From the NCBI RefSeq assembly GCF_009914755.1, contig NC_060929.1: a stretch of 64,000 nucleotides of DNA. One strand, given 5' to 3'. The number at the start of each line of letters is the position of its first letter. Position 1 is the first letter of the stretch. Made by a program: the position numbers and the translations under genes. Source of the stretch: the human T2T-CHM13v2.0 reference genome, Homo sapiens. Positions 14,267 to 28,054 of this stretch are shown here, one piece after another. The notes beneath the pieces were generated by a model. The model made no database searches and had not been told where the DNA came from. It saw only the letters and a program-made list of their open reading frames with translations.

Positions 14267-15847
14267 CTATGGAGCAAAAGCGAAAGGATTTAGTACAACC
14301 ATTACAATGTAAAATCATCATTTAGGCAGACAGAAGGCTCAAATTGCTGGGTTGCAAATGCTAGAATTACCACAAAGCCATACCTGGCAATCAACGGATC
14401 CCTGGGACAGATAATTCTATTTGGGTCACCTATGGGTTAATGGCCAGGCTTAACCTCTCCCTGCTCAAAGAAGGAGGTGGGGGAGAGGGGCTCTCCCAGA
14501 GCCAAGACTCAGAACCCCAAGATGGGGTCTCCCCATGACTGCCCGCGGTGCTGGCAGAGTTCACTGTGAAGTGCACTGTTATTGCATCTACCCAATGAGA
14601 ATATTCAAGGTTGTGGGTGGCTCAAACGTTCTTCCCTCAAGATCACACTAATTGTGTGGAACGCATCAATAATGAGGTATGAGTGATTTCTCCCCCTCCA
14701 GTCATTTTGTATTAAATGGATTCCTTTTTCTTCTCTTTTCTCCTTTATGGGTAGCATTTCCTTCAACCACAGCCTTTCCAAAAATCCTACAGCTAGGTTT
14801 GCTTTTGAACCATTTTCATGAGAATAAAGGTAAAACACAATAATTAAGACAAGGAAGGGGCAAGATAAAAGAAAGTGGAGATTCACATTCCTCTGGCTAT
14901 AAAAGCCTGTTCTGACCCTCACTTAAGTTTTCTGGGGGCATTATGGACATTGGAAGTAAAGGTTAGCACAGCTCTGTGAGAGGACGCTCTTTATGTTAGA
15001 GAAGGAAGAGCCTATGGGCTCGAAAAGTACCTATTACTAAAATCTCCCCTGCCAGTTGTGGCTGCCAGTTTTTTAAAAACTGAGATGCCTTCTAAAGGGT
15101 GAACATTTTATGTTTTTGAAAAGTACAATGGTCAACAGAAAACGATCCATCTGAAACTTGTTTGCAAATAAAAACAAGATCTGCACCAGGGGCATACTTA
15201 TAAAAGCAGTGAAGTAGATGGGGAGGGAGGTCCTCCAAAACTTACATTTCACCAAGCACCACAAGCAAATATGCACTTCTTGCTCTTACACACACACGTG
15301 TACACAGAGAGAGATACACACATACGCGCACACTTACAACTTAGTGAATCATACAGCCTAAATTTAGAGGGCTGCTGGAGAGAACCAAATATTGAACTTC
15401 ATCTTCAGGACCCAGAAATATACTCCTGCGTAGGGAGTCCTTCACCAAAATTGGAAAGTCTCTTTTCTTGCCATAACTATGCCTCTGAGAAGAGAATTAG
15501 TCTCCACTCTTAAGTGTCTTCTGTTTTTCTTTCATGTCTTCGGAGAGTAAGAGTAAGAACTGTATCTCCTTTGTCAAAGCCTCGGCTAAAACCACTCTGT
15601 CTACCTTATAGCCTTTCACCTTCGATTCAGAGGGAACTATTTCCTCCAGGCCTGAGTTCTGCTATATACTGCTACTTTTGGGATGGAAAAACCAAAGTAT
15701 CATGATATCTAAGAGACAGATAAAGTAACAAGTAGTTGAAGCAGTGGAAAGTACAAGCAGTTGAAATGCATGCCAGAAAATACATAAAAATATAACTCCT
15801 TCATCCCTGAACTCTGATCCCCTATACCTACATTTCATGGGCTTCTC

Positions 15848-16030
15848 AGAATAGTATAGTGGTTAAGAACACTGGTTCTGAAATCTGACAGAGCTGCCTA
15901 TCTCAACTTGAGCAAGGTAATCCACCTCACAGGATCTCAGTTTCCTCATCTGTAAAATGGAGCAATTGCAGTATCTACCTCTAAATGCCAGGGAACAGGC
16001 TTGAGGCAATAAGGGTATAAAGACTTGGCT
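15848..16030. mobile_element. MIR
   Basis: tagtggttaaga...ctcagtttcctcatctgtaaaatgg core. Confidence 0.75.
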
Positions 16031-16349
16031 TCATGACTAGCCTCACTAAAGCCACAATGAAGCATCATTATCACCCCCTGCACCTACCCTCTTCAGTCCC
16101 TTCCTCCTTCAAGTCCAGGCAAATCTGCCCTGTGCTCTGCAGAAGCAGCAGGTCTCCAAAAGCAGCCCATCGACAGAGCCCACGTCTCCTTTACCCATGG
16201 AGGAAAACTGCCGGTTGAGAAAACCTATTTCTCCTTCATTTTCCTTTTCAAAACAGCAAGTAGGCAATGCAAGCTGCCCACAGACCTGCCTGGGAGAAAT
16301 GTCCTCCAGGAACTCCTCCAACCTGCTTGCTGATAACCATGCACAAGGG

Positions 16350-17065
16350 TCTGTTTTTAAAGCCTATCTGATTTTCTCCTCCCCCACTACACCATCTCCA
16401 TCCAAGTCCTTGGACTCTGCAGTGGCTGCCTACTTTTCTGTCTCCACTCTGACCCCCTGCAATAGCCAGAGTGAGCTTTTCCAAATGTCAGTGGTACTGT
16501 GCCATCTCACTGCCCAAGACTTTTTAATGGCTTCCCACTGCACTTAGAACAAATCCATGACATGACATGATACCAGACCACCTCCCAACCTTCTGCCCCC
16601 TTCCTCCAACTTGCCAAGCTCCTACCGCACTGGCCCATTTCAATCCCTCTCAGTTGTGCCCTGTTCAATCTGACCTCAGGCCCAGACCCTGGCCGACTCT
16701 TGCCTGGCGGGCCTCTCCTCCAACCCTTCCCTAGTTAGCCAATCTTTTCTCACCCTCAGAGCTCAGCCTATAGCTCCTTCCCCAGAGAGGTTTGGCCTGA
16801 CACCCCACCTTTAATCTAAATTAGGTTTTTCCTGTTTTTTTTTTTCCTTTTAAGGCACTTAACTCAATGCAAATTATATTTTTACATATATGTGTGTGTA
16901 TTTTTTGTTACTGTCTTTCTCCCTCTTCTTATTCTTCTCTTCCTTTAACTCATAGACTTCGTAGAGGAAGAAACTATCAATTTTACTTACCTAATGAGTG
17001 GCATAAGGCCTGGGGTAGAATAGAAAAGCTCAAATATTAATTGATTGAATAAATGAATAATTTTA
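16350..17065 (+). mobile_element. Degenerate L2 3' region
   Basis: aatggcttcccactgcacttaga... ending in aaatattaattgattgaataaatgaat. Confidence 0.6.
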
Positions 17066-17955
17066 TGAATGAATGTTATGTATTGGGGGGCAAATACAAT
17101 CCGGAAGAATAAAAGGGTGACAGATAAATCCAAGGCATTGTTGATGGAAGGAAGGTGCACCTCATCCCAACCCGTAGAACAAACCACCTCCCCCAAGCAT
17201 GCCACACCAGGCCTGAGATTTTTCCTTTTCACTTAAGCACGGTCGTCATCTAAAAATAAAAATGTCCCTGAGAGCAGCCAGATGAATTGAAGCATTCCTT
17301 TCTAAGGGACCCAGGGAAATAGGCAGATGCAAAGAGCAGAAGTGTAGAAGGAAATATAGAAATGAAATGGGGAGAATGAAGAAAAGTAGAGAAAAAAGAA
17401 TAAAGGGCTGGAGTTCACTCACCACTTACAAAAAAAACTTTAGGCCAAGTATGAAAAATAAGCCCAACATGTCTCCTGTTTCTTGGGTCATATCACTGCA
17501 TCACATAGTCATTATTCCTGAAATGAGCTACTCCGGCTTCTGTTCTGCACCTCAAAATAATGTCTGCTACAAAATAATGTCTACAGTATGATTCTGTTAA
17601 ATATATATATACACACACACATACATATGTGTGTACATACATACATATGAGTGTACATATATGGATGTGTGTGTACACATACATGTGTATATGGAATTCT
17701 GTGCAGCATTAAAAAGAATGAAGGTAGAGTTAGAAGCACTGGAATGGAAAGAAATGTACAGCATATTGTGACTTGAGAAAACCAAGTTGCAGAATACTAT
17801 TCAAAGTATGGCCCCATTTCTGGGAGAAAAATGAAAGCATGAAAGAGTGAAAGGGAGAGAGGGAGGGGAAGAGACAGTTTTTACAAGTATGGTTCACTCC
17901 CTCACTTCATTCAAGTCTCTGCATAATGTCAACGGCTTTAGAAATGCCTTCCCCT

Positions 17956-18250
17956 CTGGGCATGGTGGATTACACCTATAATCCCAGCACTTTGGGAGGC
18001 CAAGGTGGGTAGATCACCTGAGGTCAGGAGTTCGGGACTAGCCTGGCCAACACGGTGAAACCCCATCTCTAATAAAAATTTTTAAAAAAATTATCTGGGT
18101 GTGGTGGTGGGTGCCTGTGATCCCAGCTACTCAGGAGGCTGAGGCAGGAGAATCGGTTGAACCCGGGAAACGGAGGTTACAGTGACCTGATATCGTGCCA
18201 TTCCAGCCTGGGTGACAAGAGCAAAACTCCGTCTCAAAAAGAAAAAAGAA
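17956..18250 (+). mobile_element. Alu (AluS-like)
   Basis: Dimeric Alu with A tail; degenerate TSD AGAAATG(C/A)CT. Confidence 0.95.
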
Positions 18251-18546
18251 AGAAATGACTGCCCTAGAGCACTCTAGCTCCTTATTCTGCTTAACTTTTC
18301 TTCATAGTACTCACCATGTTGTATTTTATATTCATTTGTCTTTTATTGTCTCTCTCACCTGAATATAAGCCCCACAAAGACAGTCATAGACCCCAGCAAC
18401 TAGAACTGAGCCTGGCACACAGTATGCCATCAGGAAATATTTTTTAAATGTAGGAACTTCAAAGAGTTAACCTATAGAGAGTGGAACAGGCAGTGGGGAA
18501 GAATGGAAGACGTGCATTTTATTTTTATATTTTTGCAGTGGTTTGC

Positions 18547-18840
18547 TTTTTTTTTTTTTTTTTTTTTTGCACTCCCAGGCTGGAGTGCAGTGGTGTGATC
18601 TCAGCTCAGCTCACAGCTGCCTCGACCTCCTGGGGCTCAAGCGATCCTCCCACCTCAGGCCCTTAAGTAGTTGGGACTACAGGCAGATGCCAACACGCCC
18701 GGCTAATTTTGTGTATTTTTTGTGGAGACTGAGTCTCACCATGTTGCCCAGGCTGGTCTCAAATTCCCTGGCTCAAGCAATCCACCCAGCTCGACCTCCC
18801 AAAGTGCTGGGATTACAGGTGCAAGCCACCACGCCCAGGC
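18547..18840 (-). mobile_element. Alu (AluJ-like)
   Basis: Poly-T then reverse Alu; ggctcaagcgatcctcccacctca is J-type. Confidence 0.93.
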
Positions 18841-20386
18841 TAGTGTTCTGCTTTATATGGCAATATGCTTTTACATTAAAAATTAAAAATCAACCACAAG
18901 CAGTGGAAGGAAAGACTTCTTGTAGACTGAGCTGATATCAAGCCCCCTGTGGCTTCCTAGAGCCGAGCAGAGTGAGGACCTCTCCTTTGTTGCCACAATG
19001 CTCTTTCCTGCCCATGTGAGTTCTCCCTTTTCAGGTAGAACTGCCCATAGTTCTTTCTGCTAAGCTCAGAAGGACCAAGAGTGAGCACCAACCTCCACTA
19101 TACACAGGAGGAAACCAGGAAGGAAAAGCTGAAAGGAGAATGAATTCACTTATGTTTAAGGCAGAAGAGGGCTCATACTGAAACAATTCCGTAGATGAAA
19201 CAGATGCAAAAGCACTTAACGGAAAAAGTGACAGTGTTAATAAAAGAAATCACAATGATAATTAGGTCCTCATTACTGTGTGACTGATGGACCTTCATCC
19301 GTTCAAAGCACTATTTTTTAGGCTCCTACGATGTGTGTTGGGCACTGTACCAGGCACAGACTTGGGATTTGCTCTCTCATGCTGGCATCTTGCAAGGCTT
19401 GGAGTTTCCTAATTTGCTTTGCTGCCAGGGTAAGATTTTAAAAGCAGGCCACTGTTTACATCCCTTCCGAACCTGCAACCCCAGTGACATGAGAACAATG
19501 TGGCCAGTCTCAGGCGTTGGTAGCCAGCACCTGGTGTGGTACCTACACTACGGACCGAAATCAGCAGCCCTTTCCTCAGCAGGATTGTGTGTCTCCCAAA
19601 CAATTCTGCACATCCAGAGAAAAGCGAACTTATGAGTCTCTTTCTTACCAGCCTAACACAGGTGGCGTATTTCTAGAGCTTCATAAACTAGAGCAAGAAA
19701 CACCTAAATATTCCCAGTCATGGAATCGGCAGATCCTCATCTTAGGGACATGGAACTTTTTCCTATGAATAGTGTCTTTCTCAACAGGAGGAAAGCATCA
19801 TTTCAAACTTGTAAAAAACAAGATGCCTTACCTATTTCCCTAAAGTGGCTAGAGACTGAGATCTATGATTTATCTGAATAGTCTTATTAATAGTTATAAA
19901 GATGACTTGATTTTAAAGAATCCATTACATAATAGGCTCTTCTATCCTCTCTCTTCCTCCCATGTCTTAAAGTAAGTGATCCATCCTCGTCACACTAACT
20001 CAAGTACCTGAGCTCACAGGTCCGTCTCATTCTGCCTTACCTGGGACCAGCCCCACCAAGGACTCCTCTTCTGTTTTGCATTTGCCATTCTTCCCTCCCT
20101 GGTTAATTCTTTCCTTCAGTTTGCAAACATTATCAAGTTTTCCCATTGTCTAAAATTTTAAAAGGATGCTCCTTCTTTTCTCTGAGTTAGTTTCTTCACT
20201 GCCGACATCCTTCTTATAAGAGTCCCTGTCACTACTTGCCATTTCAACCACATAATACGGGCATCCAGGCCCTCAGCATGTACTTGAATCTCCTCTTAAA
20301 GTTTACCAGTGACTGTCTGGTGCTTTCTCAGCCTTCATGTCCATCTGGATCTCTCTAGCACTTATTATATGACTCCCCCTCTTTGA

Positions 20387-20715
<329 letters not shown>

Positions 20716-21449
20716 TCCTCCTTTTATTTCTATGCTCTGTATGCTCAAGCTTCTTTTTCTGAACTCTCTAACACACCCTGCCTTCTTGCTAAGCGTGATT
20801 ATTCCCCCCAAGAATATAGCCATGCCTTCTCTTTCTATTCTCCCTCCCTTGTCAATCCCATCTAAGCCCATAGCTTCAACTCTCACCCTTGGGAAACGAC
20901 CTCTGAAGTCAGTTATCTTTGACCATAACTTTATTTCCAGATCCAGAACTCAGGACCATCCACCTGCAGGACTCTCCACAGAGAAATTTTGGCTGGACTG
21001 AAACAGACGTGCCCAAACACTTCATGCACCCTCTAAAATCCCCCTCCCTATTCCTGCTACCCAACTACAAGTATTTCCTCCCTTCTCTGAATAGACATAG
21101 CCCTTTGCCTCAACCTCTCATCACATTCAACCCTTTCTAGAGTGCAGTCTCGTTATCTGCCAACCAATATCATCTCCCAGGCCACACCATAAGCTCCCCT
21201 ACTACAGAACAAAGTCTTCCCTGGCTCTCCGTTTTTGAGTGTTTTGCACATAGTAGGTGCTAAAAGAATAAATGAAAACATCCTTAACTCCCACAACTAG
21301 AATGAACAAAGTGCATGAATGTTTTGGTAGACATTTCACTTTGATTCAAAGTTCTTTTATCCTCATTCACACCAAACAACTGCGCACCAAGTACTTAGCC
21401 CCACACTGCAAATATTGCTGTTACTGCTTCTATTAATACAAATACTCTT

Positions 21450-21650
21450 ACTATTAATAATAACAGTAGATATTCAGTACTTACTGTGTGTAAAGGCACT
21501 GTGATAAGCATTTGTGGTGATTATTGCATTTAATCTTAATCACCAACTTCTGAGATAAGTAATATTATCCTCTATTTCAGAAATACGAAAACTGAAGACA
21601 GAGGAACACCCAGTAACTTCCTTGCCTTCAAAAAGCAATCAGTCCAGCAA
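21450..21650. mobile_element. MIR
   Basis: atttaatctt...attatcctctatttcagaaatacgaaaactgaagacagag, a degenerate core. Confidence 0.6.
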
Positions 21651-21716
21651 AGGAAGACAGATTGTGGGCAAAAAGTTACAAATGTGCTGAGTGCTATGAA
21701 AGAAAAGCACAGCAGA

Positions 21717-22303
21717 CAGTAGTCCCCCTTATCCATGGTTTTGCTTTCCATGGTTTCAGTTACCTGTGGTCCAGTACATTTTTTTGTTGTTGTTGTTTTG
21801 AGATGGGGTCTCGTTCTGCCACCCAAGCTGGAGTGCAGTGGTGCAATCAGGGCTCACTGCAGCCTGGATCTCCTGGGCTCAAGCGATCCTCCCACCTCAG
21901 CCCCCTGAGTAGCTGGGAATACAGGCATGCACCATGCCTGGCTAATTTTTCTTTCAGTTTTTATAGAGATGGGGGGTCTCACTATGTTGCCCAGGGCAGT
22001 CTTGAACTCCTGGGCTCAAACAATCCTCCCACCCTGGCCTCCCAAAGGGCTGGTATTCTGTACAATATTTGGAGAGAGAGATCACATCCACATAGCTTTT
22101 AATACAGTTTGTTTTCATGGTTGTTCTATTTTATTACTAATTGTTGTTCATCTCTTATTATGTCTAATTTATAAATTAAACATTATCATAGGCATGCATG
22201 TATAGGAAAAATATAGCGTATGTAAGGTTCAGGACTATCTGCAGTTTCAGGCATCCACTGTGGGTCACGCAACACATCCTTCATGGATAAAAGAGGACCA
22301 CTG
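21717..22303 (+). mobile_element. MER44A-like Tigger MITE interrupted by an Alu
   Basis: TIRs CAGTAGTCCCCCTTATCC ... GGATAAAAGAGGACCACTG; internal sequence closely matches the second copy at 62285-62674. Confidence 0.85.
21780..22053 (-). mobile_element. Alu (AluJ-like) inserted in the MER44A-like element
   Basis: Reverse Alu with (TTG)n tail; MER44 sequence resumes on the far side. Confidence 0.9.
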
Positions 22304-25300
22304 TTTACAGGACAACGTAACAATAGGACTTGACTCAGGCTGAGAGCCAGGGATGCTTCCCTGAAGAAGCCATGCTTAAGTGGGAATCTGAAGGATGGAA
22401 TCAGAATAAGCCAGTAACAGAGAAAGGAAGAAAAGGGAACTCAAGGGAGCCCTGAGAACTCATGGTCCTATAAGAAACCATACACTGATGAGGGAAAGAG
22501 GTCTTTCTTAAACAGAGCTCTGGGAACTAGGTTCACTGACCAAGCATAGTTCTTATTTTCCATCCACATTTAAACACAGGATGTCAGGATGCCCTTTAAT
22601 CAAATCTCTTCTAGAATCGTGCTTTAGAAAATCATGTGTGGGGCCGTATTATTTTAAGAGCGTAGCCAACAGGTATAGCAAAATGTAATGATGATTGATA
22701 TGATAGATTCCAATTTACCAAACAGGCAGAGACTCTCTCAGAATTTCACAGAAAGAGCTCCATGTCCAGTCAAAGAGGCTTTGTCTCTGAGTGGTAATAA
22801 TAATTATAATATGATCCAATGGTGGCCAGTCCCTTATCCAGCCCAGGCAGTGGGGTCACCTTTCAGACAGAACACAATGGATTTTAAAAATTTGCAACCA
22901 CCTGAGACACAATTCTCTGGTGTTTCTCATTTTTTCTTTTTTTTTCCCCCTTTGCCTGCAACAAAACAGAATCATACCAAGCCTTGTCTTGTCGATCTAA
23001 ATTCTCTGTGTCTCCTTCACCATAGCCAACATACTATAAATATACAGCTTTCATGACATCAACACAAAGTTTTATTGTGCCGTTAGCTTTGATAGAAAGC
23101 ACTGCAGAAAGTTGTTTAGAAATTAAATATCTGAAACAAGCTATTTTAAAATCCAGGGCCCTCACTATTTCATGTCTGCAATGAAGAAATTTCATCTTGG
23201 GGAGAGCAAGCTGTCTTTCACACCATATGGCTAATGGTGGTGCATAGCAATTAGCCAGCCTGATTAATGGGGAACAGACTCTAATTTTATGCTTATAATT
23301 GAGCCTGCATTTGCACCCCTGGTGCAAATTCAGCACATCCCAACTTCCACTTAAAACAGGCAAGAAATCAAGAGAAATAGGATGGTGTGGAAAGTGAGAA
23401 TTTTTTTCCTAAAGCCCCCTAAAGAGCATCAGATTTGCAATTTAAAAGACTGTTAGCCACACAATAGATGACAGGTTTGTGTAATAGGGTCATGGCAGCC
23501 TGGTAAACAAACAGTACCCCTTATACATCTATAGGCAGCCAGGAAAACCCGTAATCTGTAACATTAGCAGGATGACATTTTGAATACGGCTTTTCCCTCT
23601 TAGCCACGCAGTACAAACATCATCATTTGCCTTCAGTGGCTTCAGAATTTTATTTTTGCTATTTTTATGTTTCTGAAAAATAGAAAGAACATCAGCAGTA
23701 AAGCACACCAACCAGCATAATAAAGTACTTTGGACCAGTGAATTTTAAAAACAAGAAAAATATAAACTGCATTAATAGAGGGTAGGCCTGTGTGTGAAAG
23801 GCATAATATATCTTTAAATGTTTCAAGAATAGAATGATTTCTAGCATAGTCTAAACATGTGCAGATATGAGATGCAAATCTATGATATATAGATGTTATT
23901 TGGCCTATTGGTTGAGATCCATCTTCCTGTCTGTTTCCTATTTTGCTAGAATCACATGTAGTACAACATGGAAAATTCATTCTAATGACATGCTAATTGT
24001 AAGAAGCCAGAACAGAGATATGGTCAAAAAGATAGTAAGAAGAAAGAGGTCATGTTTTAACATTTTCTAAAATGAATTTTACTCACAATTCTGAAAGGTG
24101 CAACTCAGCTTTATTGTAGAATTGTTATGTACAATATAACATTAATTTTTGCCTAATAATATCTTATAAAGAAATCTATTGCCATATTTTGGGGGTTCTG
24201 CTACTGTTTTAAAATTAGAGAAAAACAACCTATTTTCATAATAGTTAACAAGTTTTACAAATCACTGAAATGAAAACTTGTGAAACTCCTATATATTTTA
24301 GAATAATATGTTAGAAATATTTTTAAAAGGGAAAAAATGAAAATTGTATATCCATACGTAACTGTAGACATACAAGAAGTTGGTATTTGGGATTTCACTC
24401 AGAAAGCACATTAAGCCCTTTTTCTTTCCACCTGTAGAGTTTTAAGGTTGCTTTCCCCCACAAGTCCACAAGCAGCAAATAAAGCCCATCCATGCTGAGG
24501 CAGCAGCTGAAGCCCTAAACGGATTGGTCAGTAATAGTCAGCAGCCAGGCCAGCATTGTGCCAGGAAGAGCCTGCATGGTTAACAAAGCAATTAGTAGCC
24601 TTTCTCTGATGCACAGTGGCATCTTCATGCTTTATCCAATTATTCAGAATATATTGGGAGCAAACTGCTGGTGTTACTTTATGCAGAATAAGAATGCAAG
24701 TTAAAGGGCTGTTCCCTGGCCTACTCCCTCACATGTGGAAAGCCTGGCTGAGGCCATGGAAGTTAATTTGGTCTACTTGCCTGTTTTCAAATGTAGCTTC
24801 AGTCTGATTACAGGCAAAAATAAAGACACTCATCTATGGGTCACATGAATTTTATGCCTTTTAGGGACTCATCTTTGCCTTCCTTCCAAAAGCTCACTAC
24901 CTCTGCGAAGTATTGGCTACATTGTCAGAGTTATATATAGGGTAAATAAGAGGTGAGATGCAAGAGGAAGAAAAAAAAAACCCACATGCAATTTAAGAAG
25001 AAATGATGCCTAAGTGTGGACGTCATATTTTCAAGTGGGAGAATTAGAAAGGGGAACTATAACTTTCAAGTCTTACCCAAACAGAAGACTCTGCTGACAT
25101 CAATAGAACTCTTACTCATTTTACTAGCAATGCAGTTGAGCGCATATATTAACACTAAAAGGGTTATATTGTTTTATTTGATTTTAAGAGAGTAGGGGAA
25201 GGCAGTGCTTTGTGCCCATTAACAGTGTGATATCAAAATGGAAATGTATGCCTTTCGGGATGAAATCTAATAAATAATTAAGAACTACTGTGATGCCTGA

Positions 25301-25466
25301 CACTTTACTACCAAATACTCACATCTAACAGTTCTTTTTAGATTGTCTATAGAAGCAAGACAAATGTGTACCAAAAAAAAAAAAAAAGACCAAAGTTCAC
25401 CAAGATTTGAAATGCAAATTCATCTTCTCTTTGCTAATTAACGGGAGAGACCAAGATATTTCTTAC

Positions 25467-25540
25467 CTGCACATGATCTCATGTGTGAGCAAGACTCGGC
25501 ACATTTCTGGGTTCTTGTCTTGGCCTTCATACACTATGGC
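25467..25540 (-). CDS. EBF1: EBF1 coding exon 5 (74 nt; [25 protein letters not shown]), carries zinc ligands H157 and C161
   Basis: Not in the ORF track; read manually. Acceptor ttgcttttag at 25541; donor CAG|GTAAGA at 25466. Confidence 0.97.
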
Positions 25541-26874
25541 CTAAAAGCAAAAGCACAGTTTTAGCTAAGAATGGAAAGGAGTAGCAGAAAAAAAAAAAAA
25601 ATCACAATTGAGTTCTTAACCACTTCACCACTACTGAAGGCCAAATTAGCTTTGAGGAGCCAAAGACATCACTGGGTTGATCGTCTGAAGGTATGATATT
25701 CGGGATTAACCTGAAAGGCATGTTCCTCTCTGCCCCTTCAACCACCTTGCCATGATGCACATCTCTGGATCAGAGTATGAGATGGGCAAGACAGCCACAA
25801 TTCTCCTTTTAATATAGAATACAAATAAATCTCATCAATAAGGAGGGAAACCCCAGAAGGCTTAGCAGATTGAGATACTATTTAGCGAAAATACAGAAAA
25901 GCATTTGGATTTGATTTTTAAATGATATGTATTTGCCTCCTCACTTTACTACTTCCAGGCTCAACATTTAGTCTTCCAGGGATGGGTAGTAGAAAACAAG
26001 TGTAGGTGAACTAAGGAGTCCATTCACTAACTGTGTCATGTTTGCAATGATTTATCAATCAGGGAAAATCCCTCTTCCCATCAACAGGCTGAGAACATGT
26101 GCTCTCACAGGGTGCACACCCACCCAAACAGGAATACTCGCTGGCATATGCTCTGTGTGTGGATTTAAGCCATAAAGTTATCTCCCTAAACTAAGAAGAG
26201 TTACAACTGACTCTCAAAATCTGGAGTCCCAAATCACCTCACCAGCCCAAATAGTTTTTTCTATTTTTTGTAATGTGTTTGTAAAACGAACATTTTACTC
26301 AAGGACACCAAGAAGATTCCCTGGGACCTCAGCTTTCATGGATCTACATGTTAATACCTGGACCAAAGCAATGCACACAGCTATTAGCAGAGCAGGGCTC
26401 TGCAGTGGGCTACATTTAGCTAATTTAACACTGTATCACGGCATAATACTAATATCACACGGCTTCAAATTGTTAACAAAATTACTTTCACACATTCCTA
26501 TAGCCCTCAATTTCTTGATGACAAAACTACTTAAATTAGCCAGAGACTATCTTTATATAGTACATATATCTTAATATAGTATATATATCTTTATATAGTA
26601 CATACAGATGCTACAAGACTAACTTGTAGTTGACTCTAACGTGCTTTGTTTTTGAACCTGGGACTTTCAGAACCTGTAAATGATGAATATAACTTGCGAC
26701 CCAGTGTGTATAGATCCTCAGAGAGAACTGTGGTTATGGTATCTGATCCCGTTACAAAATGAACATTGCAGTAAAATAAAAAATGAGAAAATGTACTTGC
26801 ATGAGGAAAAAATACTTCTCCACCATTGGCCCATCGAAACCACTTTTTATGGCTAACCTATAATACCTTGTATT

Positions 26875-27670
26875 TTAAAAATTTTTTTACTTTGACATAC
26901 ATGTACACCTACAAAAAGCTTTCAAGAATATGTAAAAAATTCCAAGATACTCTTCATCCAGATTTTACCAGATGACTAAAATGTTTATATTTTATTAAAT
27001 TTGCTTTATTCTTTTCTCTGTAGTTTTTTCTGAATCATTTATTAAGTAAATTGCAGACATGCCCTAAATACTTCAGCCTGTATGTCTTCAAAATAAGGAA
27101 TTCTCTTACATAACCACAGTACAGTTATCTAAATCAGAAAATTAACATTGATACAATAATTTAATCTACAGACCCTACTGAGATTCACCAGTTACCCAAT
27201 AATGTCCTTTACAGCAAAAGAAAATCCAATGCTGCATCCAGTTATCACGTCTCCTTTAATATGGAACATTTCTGAGTCTTTATATTTCATGACATTGATA
27301 TTTTTGAAGAACACAAGCCAGTTATTTTGTAGAACATCTCTCAATTTGGGTTTGCCTGCGTTTCCTCAGGCTTGGATTAAAGTTACATACTTCAGGGCAG
27401 GGATAACACAGAGGTGATTTTGAGTTCTTCTCAGTGTATCAAATCATGTTGTTGACTAGTTCCACTATTGGCAACATAAATTCTGACCATTTGGTTAAGG
27501 TAGTGCTTGCTATCAGAGATCATGAGCCAGGTTTCCCCAGGGTAAAGTTATTACTTTACCCTATGCAATTCATAACTATCTTCTGTAGACGTAATCCAGA
27601 TTGTGTTAATATCTTACTATGTGTCAAATTTTCATCCACTAGTTTCAGCAAGCATTGATTATTCTTTGCT
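26875..27670 (-). mobile_element. Old L1 (L1MC-like) 3'-end fragment
   Basis: ccctaaatacttcag...ttctcttacataaccacagtaca...aattaacattgataca and cagttattttgtagaa motifs. Confidence 0.7.
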
Positions 27671-28054
27671 GTATTCTTAAAAGACCTTTTCAAAATCCTA
27701 AGCAGTTGCATTACTCAAGAAAATGCATTAACTAAAAATGTTTTGAAAACCAAAAATTACATCTGCCTGCTTTATTTCCTGCAATCACTCCTGAAAACAT
27801 TTTAAAAAACACAGTAAATTACTTATTAGATCTCATACATGATGCTAAAAAACTCTAATGAAGCATTTCTTCTAAATCCTATTAGTACTACATGGTTTGT
27901 ATGTTCTCTAAATACTCGTAATAATCTCTGTTTCAGCTTTAATATTTGTGATGTTTTGGTTCCACCACTCTTTAAAAAATAATATATTTGTCATGCTAAG
28001 CTAAAAGAAGTAAGCTGGTAAATAAATTCACAGATACTGATGGGGCTTTCCCTA

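Noticed and set aside
26547-26604. Short repeat of TATCTTTATATAGTACATA-like units
   Set aside because: Ordinary AT-rich slippage repeat with no sign of function.
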